Positions 43,301 to 52,136 of a DNA stretch of 64,000 nucleotides are shown here, piece by piece. The notes beneath the pieces are model-generated. The model did no database searches and was not told where the DNA came from. It saw nothing but the letters and a program-made list of their open reading frames with translations. The translations under genes and the position numbers were made by a program. Position 1 is the stretch's first letter. Each line of letters begins with the position of its first letter. The DNA is from Phaeodactylibacter sp. (GTDB lineage: Bacteria; Bacteroidota; Bacteroidia; Chitinophagales; Saprospiraceae). The stretch is from the NCBI GenBank assembly GCA_020436535.1, contig JAGQXQ010000110.1, positions 368 to 64,367 of the forward strand. The letters are read 5' to 3'.

Positions 43301-44446
43301 ATGAATAAACTCTTACCATTTTTTTGCCTTTTGTTATTCGCTGTGACCGCAAATGCACAGTGTGATGACCTTTTTTTCTCAGAGTACGTTGAAGGATATG
43401 CCAATAATAAGGCGTTAGAAATCTATAACCCAACAGATGCCGCCATCAATCTTTCTAGCTACTCTATCGTTCGTTTCTCAAACGGTAGCACAACCGCTGG
43501 AAGCGATAAGGTCATATCATTACCAAATGAGATGTTGGAAGCAGGTGATGTTTTTGTAGTAGTAGTTGACTTGACAGATACAATGGACTGGGACTCTCAA
43601 TTTGATAAGCCAGCCTGGAATGGTTACAATCTTATTGACACCATTTTTGATGCGGTAACGGGAGAAGTCGTCATAGATGAAGAAACAGGAGAGCCATTAT
43701 TGGGCCCTCAGTACCAGGATGGGAATGCTCTTTTTGGAACAGAATACAATGAAAAATATGATCTTCAATGCAAAGCTGACGCTTTCCTTTGCCCCGATTA
43801 TGAAACGAATAATGCCATGTATTTTAATGGAAATGATGCAATGGCACTGATAACAGGAACTACTATAGCAACTGATGGGTCTAATATTCTGGACGTTATC
43901 GGTGTTATAGGAGAAAACCCAGAGAATTGGAGTATGCCCCAAGATGCTTGGATTACTGAAGATGGGGGATGGATTACTAAAGATAAGACTATTGTTAGAA
44001 ATGCTAATGTTATGACTGGTAGAAATACATTATCTGACGTAATTTCTTCTTTGGGCGGTAGTTTTGTAGGAGAAGAATGGACTATCTATGGGAAAAACGA
44101 TTTTAGCTACCTGGGTATACACAAGAGTGGATGTCATCCAGAACAGGAATCTGTTCAGTATAGCTGTATAACCGGAGCAGTGTCAGGTACATCAGTCATC
44201 AATGCGATCGAATTTAAAGTTTATCCTAATCCAAATAGTGCTGGATCTCTTGATATCCAAGCTGATGAAAATATTGATAGAGTTGAAATTGTAAATCTAA
44301 TGGGACAAACAGTCTTGGCAGAAAATTACAACTATTCGCAGTCAGCAGTATCTTTTAGTTTGGGATCAATTGCGAAAGGAGTTTATGTTGTTAAGGTGCA
44401 TTTCGCTGACAACATGATCTCGACTCAGAAATTAATCGTACAGTAA
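43301..44446 (+). CDS. Secreted lamin-tail-domain (LTD) protein with T9SS C-terminal sorting domain
   Basis: 381 aa. Signal peptide MNKLLPFFCLLLFAVTANAQ. LTD signature as in the N-termini of ExeM/NucH-type extracellular nucleases: DLFFSEYVEGYANNKALEIYNPT...LSSYSIVRFSNG, then later YFNGNDAMALI...ILDVIGVIGENPENW...KTIVRN. C-terminus FKVYPNPNSAGSLDIQ...KGVYVVKVHF...QKLIVQ is T9SS-CTD-like. Confidence 0.75.
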   Translation: MNKLLPFFCLLLFAVTANAQCDDLFFSEYVEGYANNKALEIYNPTDAAINLSSYSIVRFSNGSTTAGSDKVISLPNEMLEAGDVFVVVVDLTDTMDWDSQFDKPAWNGYNLIDTIFDAVTGEVVIDEETGEPLLGPQYQDGNALFGTEYNEKYDLQCKADAFLCPDYETNNAMYFNGNDAMALITGTTIATDGSNILDVIGVIGENPENWSMPQDAWITEDGGWITKDKTIVRNANVMTGRNTLSDVISSLGGSFVGEEWTIYGKNDFSYLGIHKSGCHPEQESVQYSCITGAVSGTSVINAIEFKVYPNPNSAGSLDIQADENIDRVEIVNLMGQTVLAENYNYSQSAVSFSLGSIAKGVYVVKVHFADNMISTQKLIVQ

Positions 44447-44458
44447 AGACTTTGAATA

Positions 44459-44489
44459 CAGGGTAGAGCAGTTGTATGGCTCTACCCTG
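44459..44489 (+). terminator. Intercistronic hairpin (weak terminator/attenuator candidate) between the LTD gene and the TonB-dependent receptor gene
   Basis: 11-bp stem cagggtagagc / gctctaccctg with a 9-nt loop. No T-tract follows. Confidence 0.3.
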
Positions 44490-44563
44490 TACCATTGAAG
44501 AATAACTTATTCCCCTTCTTTCTAGGCCTTCTAAAGATCACTTTCTCCTATTACTTAACACAA

Positions 44564-47173
44564 ATGAAGCTAATGAATAAGGCCATAATTTGGAGTGTTT
44601 GTTTATGTTTTTTTAGCTCTGTACTGTTAGGACAAAAAAGTACTTTATCAGGAGTCGTTACAGATGAAACTTCTGGCGACGTACTTATTGGCGCCACCAT
44701 TACCGTTGGAACCACAGGTGCAGTTACAGATTTAAATGGAAAATATTCTCTGGATTTGGAGAATGGCGAGTACAGTATTAAGTATTCTTATGTTGGATAC
44801 GCTACTCAAGACATCAATGTAAGTATGCGCGGAGACCAAACGATCGATGTCGCGATGAGGTCTAGTTTGGTGCTGGAAGAAGTTGTAGTGACTGCCGATA
44901 TTGCCATCGAAAGAGAAACGCCTGTCGCTTTTTCCAATATACCCAGTATAAAAATTGAAGAAGAGCTAGCAACCCAGGATATTCCAATGCTATTGAACTC
45001 TACGCCAGGGGCCTATGCAACAGAAGCCGGCGGAGGTGATGGAGATGCCCGAATTTCGATCCGGGGGTTCGACCAAAGATACGTAGCTGTGATGTTGGAT
45101 GGCATTCCCGTTAATGATATGGAAAACGGAGAGGTGTACTGGTCTAATTGGTTTGGTTTAGACTTAGTAACCCAAACCATGCAAGTCCAAAGAGGATTAG
45201 GAGCTTCTAAAATATCAATACCTGCGGTTGGTGGTACCATTAATATTCTCACTAAGGGGATCGATGCTAAAAAAAGCCTTAGAATCAGGCAAGAAGTTGG
45301 CAATAATGGCTACCTGAGAACAACGCTAGGCTTGACTACCGGAAGGCTCAAAAATGGTTGGGGCGTTTCCCTAGCCTCATCATATAAACAAGGTGACGGT
45401 TGGGTAGACGGTAATTTTACGCAAGGCTTTTTCTATTACGCCAGAATTGATAAGCAGTTAGGGAACCATTTATTAAGTGTTACGGGCTTTGGTGCGCCTC
45501 AAAAACATGGGCAAAGGCCGTTTTCGGCAGAAGCAGGTTTGGTGGATACCGCTTATGCGCTTAGCATAGGGGTTCCGCAGTCTGCTATCGAGGAATTGAG
45601 CATAAAAAATAAAGGCCGCCGATTTAATGATGCCTGGGGATACAGAGATGGAAAGTTATTAAATACCCGACAAAATTATTACCACAAACCTCAATTTAGT
45701 CTTCGTCATAGTTGGCAGGCAAGTGATAAATTGTTTTGGTCGAATATTGCCTATTTATCTATTGGTGATGGTGGAGGTGTAGCTCCGGAAGGTGCTTCTA
45801 TACCAAAAACGGAAGATGATCAACTAGATATAGAGCAAACTATTTTAAATAATCAGCCTACTCTTTTTAATCCTGATGGCATTTCAAATACCATCCTTAG
45901 GTCGAACAGGAATAATCATTTCTGGTATGGTATCCTATCGACACTACGTTATAATATAAATGCAAATATGACTTTGTCAGGAGGCGTTGATGGCCGGTCT
46001 TATGATGGTGATCATTTTAGAGAAGTATATGATTTGCTAGGTGGCTCGGGCTGGCAAGAAGGACAAGTGTCGCCTAACAGTCCCGTTTATCAAGTGGGCG
46101 ATAAATATGAGTATAATTATACCGGTAAAGTACGCTCTATGGGGGCGTTCGGATTGTTAGAGTTCAAAAAAAATCGCTGGGCTTCCTTTGTGAATTTATC
46201 AGTAGCGAATGCTAAATATGGTTTTGTGAATAATTTCACAAAATTCGAACTCCCATTTGTTGATGTGCAAACTTATACCGCTAAATTAGGTGCAACCTAT
46301 AAGTTTAATACACAAAACAGCCTGTTTTTTAACACCGGGATTTTGAATAAAGCACAGCCCTACAGAAACGTCATCATAACCAACTTCTGGGCAACTGACG
46401 TCGATGCACAAGTGGCCAATAACTATGAAAACGAAGATATTCGGGCTTTCGAAGTCGGGTATAGTTACAAAAGCAGGCGTTTTTCTGCTAACGTGAATAC
46501 TTATTATACCATTTGGGGCAACAAACCTTTAGATCGCTTACCGACGATAGCCGAAGATGAAAGCGACCCGGAATCAGATCGGATACCGGTTAATATTCCG
46601 GGTATTGATGCCCTGCATAAAGGCATTGAAATTGACTTTGCATTCAAACCTATACCTAATTTATCTATTGAAGGCTTAGCATCGATTGGTGATTGGACAT
46701 GGCAATCTGGAGAGACCGTTAAAGGTGTATTGCCTAATGGTGTTGCTTATACTTATGAGTTTGATGCTGCTGGCGTACATGTTGGTGATGCTGCTCAATT
46801 TCAGATTGGCGGACAGGTTAGGTATGAGCCCATCAAAGATTTTTATGTAAAATTGAATACGACATTTTTTGATAATAATTATGCTGATTTTCAACCAGAA
46901 AACCTTCAGGGTGATAATGGCGGAAGAGAATCCTGGCGAATGCCTTCTTATTATCTGTCTTCTTTCCACACGGGCTACTTTTTCAAATGGAATAAAGTGG
47001 CTATGAACGTTCGACTCAATGTATTGAATGTATTTGATGCTTTGTATTTGACGGATGCCAGAGATAATGATGATTTCAATTCACCAAGTTTTAATGACTT
47101 TGATGCAAAATCTGCTTCTGTGTTTTATGGACAGGGACGCCGGTGGAGCTTATCATTGCAGGCTAGTTTTTAA
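44564..47173 (+). CDS. TonB-dependent outer-membrane receptor (CarboxypepD_reg N-domain + plug + barrel), no SusD partner
   Basis: The track start at 44495 is TTG. The signal peptide MKLMNKAIIWSVCLCFFSSVLLGQ starts at ATG 44564. N-domain LSGVVTDETSGDVLIGATITV...DLNGKYSLDL. Plug region RISIRGFDQRYVAVMLDGIPVND. C-terminal ...WSLSLQASF ends in a terminal Phe. Confidence 0.85.
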   Translation: MKLMNKAIIWSVCLCFFSSVLLGQKSTLSGVVTDETSGDVLIGATITVGTTGAVTDLNGKYSLDLENGEYSIKYSYVGYATQDINVSMRGDQTIDVAMRSSLVLEEVVVTADIAIERETPVAFSNIPSIKIEEELATQDIPMLLNSTPGAYATEAGGGDGDARISIRGFDQRYVAVMLDGIPVNDMENGEVYWSNWFGLDLVTQTMQVQRGLGASKISIPAVGGTINILTKGIDAKKSLRIRQEVGNNGYLRTTLGLTTGRLKNGWGVSLASSYKQGDGWVDGNFTQGFFYYARIDKQLGNHLLSVTGFGAPQKHGQRPFSAEAGLVDTAYALSIGVPQSAIEELSIKNKGRRFNDAWGYRDGKLLNTRQNYYHKPQFSLRHSWQASDKLFWSNIAYLSIGDGGGVAPEGASIPKTEDDQLDIEQTILNNQPTLFNPDGISNTILRSNRNNHFWYGILSTLRYNINANMTLSGGVDGRSYDGDHFREVYDLLGGSGWQEGQVSPNSPVYQVGDKYEYNYTGKVRSMGAFGLLEFKKNRWASFVNLSVANAKYGFVNNFTKFELPFVDVQTYTAKLGATYKFNTQNSLFFNTGILNKAQPYRNVIITNFWATDVDAQVANNYENEDIRAFEVGYSYKSRRFSANVNTYYTIWGNKPLDRLPTIAEDESDPESDRIPVNIPGIDALHKGIEIDFAFKPIPNLSIEGLASIGDWTWQSGETVKGVLPNGVAYTYEFDAAGVHVGDAAQFQIGGQVRYEPIKDFYVKLNTTFFDNNYADFQPENLQGDNGGRESWRMPSYYLSSFHTGYFFKWNKVAMNVRLNVLNVFDALYLTDARDNDDFNSPSFNDFDAKSASVFYGQGRRWSLSLQASF

Positions 47174-47211
47174 CGAACTTATTAGGTACTATACATTAAA
47201 CAAAATATAAA

Positions 47212-49425
47212 ATGCTTAGAATATTACTTTCCCTTCTTGTCTCTTTAAGCTTTAGCTTAACTTATGCTCAGGATGATATAGCAGATGCAAGAAGCATGCC
47301 TCAAGGCACCACAGTGACCATACAGGGAATTGCAACCAATGGTGACGGTTTAGGAATTATCAGATATATACAAGATGAGACAGGAGCTATAGCTGTATAT
47401 CCAGGAACGGGATCTGCAGCTGGTTTTCCTGACGCTGTGGATAGAGGTGACCTGATAGAAGTAACAGGTGTCCTTAAGGATTATAATGGATTGCTCGAAA
47501 TAGATCCGGTGATGTCATTTAATGTAATCTCTTCGAATAATCCATTGCCAGCGGCTTTGGTGACTACGCCAGGTGGCATAGGCGAAGCTACCGAAGCTAG
47601 ATTACTTCAAATCAATGGTGTTAATTTCACAGCTGGTGGTAGTTTGTTCTCCGTTGGAAATTATGAATTCACAGCTAATGGAGAAACGTCAGAAATTTAT
47701 GTTCGTACAGGCCACAGTTTGATTGGAACTGAAATTCCTTTAGCTACCGTTAACCTAACCGGCATAGCATCCCAGTTCAATTCAATCTATCAATTGTTAC
47801 CTAGAGACGTTAACGATTTAGAGATCGCCGACGATTTTTATTTGACATCTGCTCCAGCTCAAACCAATCTTTCAACAAATGGTTTTACAGTGAGCTGGGA
47901 AACGAACGTAGCCGCCAATTCAACTATTCGATACGGTACATCAGCAACTAATCTGGATCAAATGCTTGATGAGCCCGCTCTAACAACTACCCATAGCTTG
48001 GATGTTACAGGCCTGGAACCAGCTACTTTCTACTATGTTGAAGTGTCTTCCAATAATGGGACATCAACAGTGACATCGACGCAGAAAATTTTCAGTACTG
48101 CTTCTACTTCTTCTGGTACCATGAAAATATACTTTACTGGCGGCGTTGACCCAAGCTATTCAACGGGTAGTTTCCCTACCGGAACAACAGGTGCGGCAAT
48201 TGAGGGTGAAATCATTAATAGGATAAATGCGGCTCAAGTTTCTATTGATTGCGCTATATACAATATCAACAGAACGACAATTGTTGCTGCCTTGACGGCT
48301 GCTCATAATAGAGGTGTTGTCGTCAGATATGTTGCAGATAATGAGACCGCTAACCTGGCACTGCAAAACCCTGTTCCGCCATTTGGCATACTAAGAGGAA
48401 ATCCAGATGGATTAATGCACAATAAGTTTTTTGTATTTGATGCAGATGATAATGATAATTCATGGGTGATGACGGGTTCTACCAACATGACAGATAATAA
48501 CCTGGCAACTGATTTTAATAGCACGGTCTTTATTCAAGACAAGGCATTGGCTAAGGCCTATACCTTAGAATTTGAAGAAATGTGGGGTACAGATGGCCCT
48601 TCACCAGGCGTTTTTAGTGTGTTATTTGGAGCAGATAAGACCAATAATACCCCCCACACGTTTTTAGTCAATGATATACTCATGGAATCTTATTTCTCCC
48701 CTTCGGATAATACAACTATTGGTATTGCTAAAGCAATTGAAAGTGCAGACACCGATCTTCAATTTGCATTGTTGGTATTTACAAATAATGAACTAGGAAC
48801 CGCAGTGTTAAGCGAGCACAATAGCGGTGTTGCGGTACGTGGAATTATCGATCAAGTGAATAGCCAGGGATCTGAATTTGACTATTTAGTCAATCAGGGT
48901 GTCAATGTAACAGAAGATAATAATGTTGTTCAGACCCACCACAAATACTGTATTATTGATGCGACCGATGTAAATTCTGACCCACAGGTTGTTTTGGGGT
49001 CACACAACTGGTCGGCTGGAGCAGAAAATAGTAATGATGAAAATACATTGATTGTTCACGATGCAAATGTTGCCAACATATACTTACAGGAATTTGAAGC
49101 GAGGTGGTGTGAAGCGCAAGGTAGCCCGGATTGTGCTACAACCGATGTTGACGAGCAAAATGTAATTGAAGGGGTTGCGTTAGAAATCTATCCAAACCCT
49201 GCGCGTACTAGTACAACGGTCAATATCAATCTAGAGAAAAAAGAAAACCTGGTTTTGAGTTTGCTCGATTTTAGAGGCATTTTCCTGCAGAGCATCGTTG
49301 TGAACAATGTACAAGGCCAGCATACTGAATCTTTGGATGTTCAGGCGCTACCCGCTGGCCAATACATTATTCAGTTACAAATTGGAGAGGAACAGATGTC
49401 ACGGATCATTCAGGTCGTGAAGTAA
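47212..49425 (+). CDS. Secreted phospholipase-D/nuclease-superfamily protein (two HKD motifs) with N-terminal OB-like domain, FN3-like domain and T9SS C-terminal sorting domain
   Basis: 737 aa. Signal peptide MLRILLSLLVSLSFSLTYAQ. The N-terminal segment TVTIQGIATNGDGLGIIRYIQDETGAIAVY...GDLIEVTGVLKDYNGLLEIDP resembles the OB-like domains of extracellular nucleases. FN3-like segment GFTVSWETNVAANSTIRYG...ATFYYVEV. HKD motif 1 HNKFFVFD...GSTN. HKD motif 2 HHKYCIID...GSHNWSAGAENSNDEN. C-terminus LEIYPNPARTSTTVNI...GQYIIQLQI...IIQVVK. Confidence 0.8.
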   Translation: MLRILLSLLVSLSFSLTYAQDDIADARSMPQGTTVTIQGIATNGDGLGIIRYIQDETGAIAVYPGTGSAAGFPDAVDRGDLIEVTGVLKDYNGLLEIDPVMSFNVISSNNPLPAALVTTPGGIGEATEARLLQINGVNFTAGGSLFSVGNYEFTANGETSEIYVRTGHSLIGTEIPLATVNLTGIASQFNSIYQLLPRDVNDLEIADDFYLTSAPAQTNLSTNGFTVSWETNVAANSTIRYGTSATNLDQMLDEPALTTTHSLDVTGLEPATFYYVEVSSNNGTSTVTSTQKIFSTASTSSGTMKIYFTGGVDPSYSTGSFPTGTTGAAIEGEIINRINAAQVSIDCAIYNINRTTIVAALTAAHNRGVVVRYVADNETANLALQNPVPPFGILRGNPDGLMHNKFFVFDADDNDNSWVMTGSTNMTDNNLATDFNSTVFIQDKALAKAYTLEFEEMWGTDGPSPGVFSVLFGADKTNNTPHTFLVNDILMESYFSPSDNTTIGIAKAIESADTDLQFALLVFTNNELGTAVLSEHNSGVAVRGIIDQVNSQGSEFDYLVNQGVNVTEDNNVVQTHHKYCIIDATDVNSDPQVVLGSHNWSAGAENSNDENTLIVHDANVANIYLQEFEARWCEAQGSPDCATTDVDEQNVIEGVALEIYPNPARTSTTVNINLEKKENLVLSLLDFRGIFLQSIVVNNVQGQHTESLDVQALPAGQYIIQLQIGEEQMSRIIQVVK

Positions 49426-49431
49426 TAACCC

Positions 49432-50733
49432 ATGGCAATCGACAAAAAACCGTTAGAACTCAGCCCCGATTTCAAATACGCGCTAGACCGGATCGAAAAG
49501 CAAGAGCAGAATGTGTTCATCACAGGGAGGGCCGGCACCGGCAAATCTACCTTGTTGCAGCTGTACCGCAACACTACCCGCAAGAAAGTCGTCGTTCTGG
49601 CCCCTACCGGCATCGCCGCGCTGAATGTGAAGGGACAGACCATCCATTCTTTCTTTGGTTTCCCGCCCCGGCCGCTGGCCCTCTCCGAAATAAAAAAACG
49701 CCGCAATCGCCGGTTGTATCAAAATATGGAAGTGTTAGTCATCGATGAGATTTCCATGGTACGAGCCGACCTGCTGGACAACATCGACTGGTTTCTGCGC
49801 ATCAACCGGGATGTCCCGTTGCCTTTTGGCGGCGTACAGGTTGTGTTCTTTGGCGACTTGTTTCAATTGCCCCCGGTAGTTGCCAACGATCTGGAAGCCA
49901 TGCGATTCCAGTCGGAATACGACTCGCCTTATTTCTTTTCCGCCCGTGCCATGCAGGAAGATGTTTTTGTTATGGAAAAGATGGAGCTGCAAAAAGTATA
50001 CCGGCAGGAAAACCGCCATTTTCTCCGCCTGTTGGAAGCTGTGCGGCTGAACCGCGTCGATTACGATGACCTGGAAGACTTAAATAACCGCTGCCTGCCC
50101 CAATTTGAACCAGAAGATTTCTACATCACCCTCTCCGCCCGAAACGCCACCGTCGACTCTATCAACAACAAAGAACTGGGGCAGATTCCTTTGCCGGAAA
50201 GGCTCTATCTAGCCAGCACCACCGGCAATTTCAATCCCAAGCTCTACCCTACCGAGCCGGCGCTGCGGCTCAAACTCGGCGCTCAGGTCATGTTCATCAA
50301 GAATGACCCGGAGAAACAGTTCGTCAACGGCACTATCGGTATGGTCGTGGATATGGACGATAACACGATTACGGTTACCGTACAGGAAGAAGGCGGGCAG
50401 ATCCGCCGCATTGAAGTCGGCCCAATGGAGTGGGAAATACTGCGCTACCAACCCAGCCTTACTGATCCTGATAAGATCGAAACGGAAACCATTGGCACTT
50501 TCCGGCAATTTCCAATAAAACTGGCATGGGCTATCACCATCCATAAATCTCAGGGTAAGACCTTCGACAAGGCCATCATCGACCTTGGCCGGGGCGCTTT
50601 CGAACACGGGCAGGCCTATGTGGCCCTCAGCCGTTGCCGCAGCCTGGAGGGTATCGTGCTGAAACAACCGATCCGAATGCAGGATATCATTACCGACGAG
50701 AAGGTAGTCGAGTACTATGAATCACACTTTTGA
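49432..50733 (+). CDS. pif1: Pif1-family (RecD-like, SF1B) ATP-dependent DNA helicase
   Basis: 433 aa. Walker A GRAGTGKSTLL. Walker B LVIDEISMV. FGDLFQLPPV. Late SF1B motifs AITIHKSQGKTFD and YVALSRCRSLEGIVL. The size and motifs match compact bacterial Pif1 helicases. Confidence 0.85.
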   Translation: MAIDKKPLELSPDFKYALDRIEKQEQNVFITGRAGTGKSTLLQLYRNTTRKKVVVLAPTGIAALNVKGQTIHSFFGFPPRPLALSEIKKRRNRRLYQNMEVLVIDEISMVRADLLDNIDWFLRINRDVPLPFGGVQVVFFGDLFQLPPVVANDLEAMRFQSEYDSPYFFSARAMQEDVFVMEKMELQKVYRQENRHFLRLLEAVRLNRVDYDDLEDLNNRCLPQFEPEDFYITLSARNATVDSINNKELGQIPLPERLYLASTTGNFNPKLYPTEPALRLKLGAQVMFIKNDPEKQFVNGTIGMVVDMDDNTITVTVQEEGGQIRRIEVGPMEWEILRYQPSLTDPDKIETETIGTFRQFPIKLAWAITIHKSQGKTFDKAIIDLGRGAFEHGQAYVALSRCRSLEGIVLKQPIRMQDIITDEKVVEYYESHF

Positions 50734-50824
50734 CGCTAAGAACTTCCTTAAAAAAGAACCTTTCCTGTAGTTTTTACGTCAAAGAGTCAGGCAGTATTGA
50801 TTTAAATTTGAGAAAAACAAATAT

Positions 50825-52039
50825 ATGGCACGCCGAGACATTCCCAATCCCACGGGATCCAGAAATACACTAAGGGCCTTTTTACTCATTGTGGCCTTTA
50901 GCCTGATCGCCATCATCCTTTATAAAAAGTACGTCTCGCCTCCCGGTTACTCTAATATACCCAAAGAGCTACAGGTCAATTATGTCCCTTCCGACTTCAA
51001 GATCAACATCGATGAAGAGAATGCCCTGGCGATCTTATCCAACCCGCATCGTTACCGGAAGGAATTCAACAATTTGGTGTACGACATCAACCTGTCCATC
51101 CTTTATCATGTCGCCAACCGCATGGGCCTCAGTGAGGAGGATAAAGGGCGATTGCAGGAAGAATATGAAAAACACCACCCCTACCTGCGCAACCTCTATT
51201 TCCATGATTTTGTGGCGTTGAAGGATACCACCTCCAACCTATACCAGACCTGGTACGATAATGAAGGCTCCAATGCCATCGAAGTACTAAAGGAAGTGGC
51301 AGCCAAGTATACCTGCTTTCTGGTCACACAGATCATGACTACACTAGTGCCCACCAAAGGGGGGAGTATTTATGCCAAGGGACAAAGTGTGGATACGCCC
51401 TGTGGTGTGGCCATGCAGGAAGCACTCAATCCTTTGCTGAGCCGCCTTAAGGAAAGAGCCGCCATAGAGGATTTCAGCCGGTCCCGGGGCTTGCTGCAGG
51501 AAAAAGTGGAAAAAGCGATCGCCGAATTGGCCACCATGGAAGTAAGGGATAAAAAGGGATTGAATAAACAACTGCAAACCAGGGTATTAGGCTTTGCTGT
51601 TTCCTCTTCCGATATAGAGGTATCCGCCATTAGCATATTAAAAGTCGGTTTTCGCCTGACCGATTACTTCGACATCAGCCTGAATCCCAAACTGGGCATC
51701 GTCACCGTCACTTTACCCGAACCGACGATCCTGTCTCACGAGGTTTATCCCAAGATCGACAAGCTGGATATTGGCTGGATGCGCGAAGTAAAAAGTATCG
51801 ACCTCAACAAGAACTTCAATGCACTTCGCGGGGAATTCCGCAGGGAAGCGCTGGACAGCGACATCATGGACAAGGCCAAAACGCAGGCCATCGAATTGAT
51901 GAATACCATGTTCACCCCGGCTATCAAGGGGATGAACAACCGGTATAACCTGAGGGTGCAATTCCGGCAGGTAACGGAACAGCAGGAGTTCAACCCCGAA
52001 TATTCCTCTTCAACGTATGATTACGAAAACAAAGATTAA
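50825..52039 (+). CDS. Membrane-anchored hypothetical protein, C-terminal half DUF4230-like
   Basis: 404 aa. A single N-terminal TM segment, LRAFLLIVAFSLIAIILY. The C-terminal segment ...ISILKVGFRLTDYFDISLNPKLGIVTVTLPEPTILSHEV... resembles the DUF4230 pattern, which is recalled rather than verified. Confidence 0.55.
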   Translation: MARRDIPNPTGSRNTLRAFLLIVAFSLIAIILYKKYVSPPGYSNIPKELQVNYVPSDFKINIDEENALAILSNPHRYRKEFNNLVYDINLSILYHVANRMGLSEEDKGRLQEEYEKHHPYLRNLYFHDFVALKDTTSNLYQTWYDNEGSNAIEVLKEVAAKYTCFLVTQIMTTLVPTKGGSIYAKGQSVDTPCGVAMQEALNPLLSRLKERAAIEDFSRSRGLLQEKVEKAIAELATMEVRDKKGLNKQLQTRVLGFAVSSSDIEVSAISILKVGFRLTDYFDISLNPKLGIVTVTLPEPTILSHEVYPKIDKLDIGWMREVKSIDLNKNFNALRGEFRREALDSDIMDKAKTQAIELMNTMFTPAIKGMNNRYNLRVQFRQVTEQQEFNPEYSSSTYDYENKD

Positions 52040-52136
52040 GCCGCAGGCAGCACACACTTATCTAAACTAAGTCTAAATAAATTTGTTGGAATGGAGCTAG
52101 ATCGTTAATTTCGCCAAGCAACCATTTCATATACCA

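Noticed and set aside
43057-49431. Calling the AT-rich block a mobile element or genomic island with defined ends
   Set aside because: No integrase, transposase, tRNA target or flanking direct repeats are visible. Only the compositional shift and a hairpin at the left edge support it. It is therefore reported as a finding, not annotated as a mobile element.
47212-50733. PLD-family nuclease + SF1 helicase pair as a possible anti-phage defence system
   Set aside because: The PLD protein has a cleavable signal peptide and a T9SS sorting domain, so it acts outside the cell. The helicase is a compact housekeeping-type Pif1 with different base composition. The adjacency is most simply explained by an insertion next to pif1.
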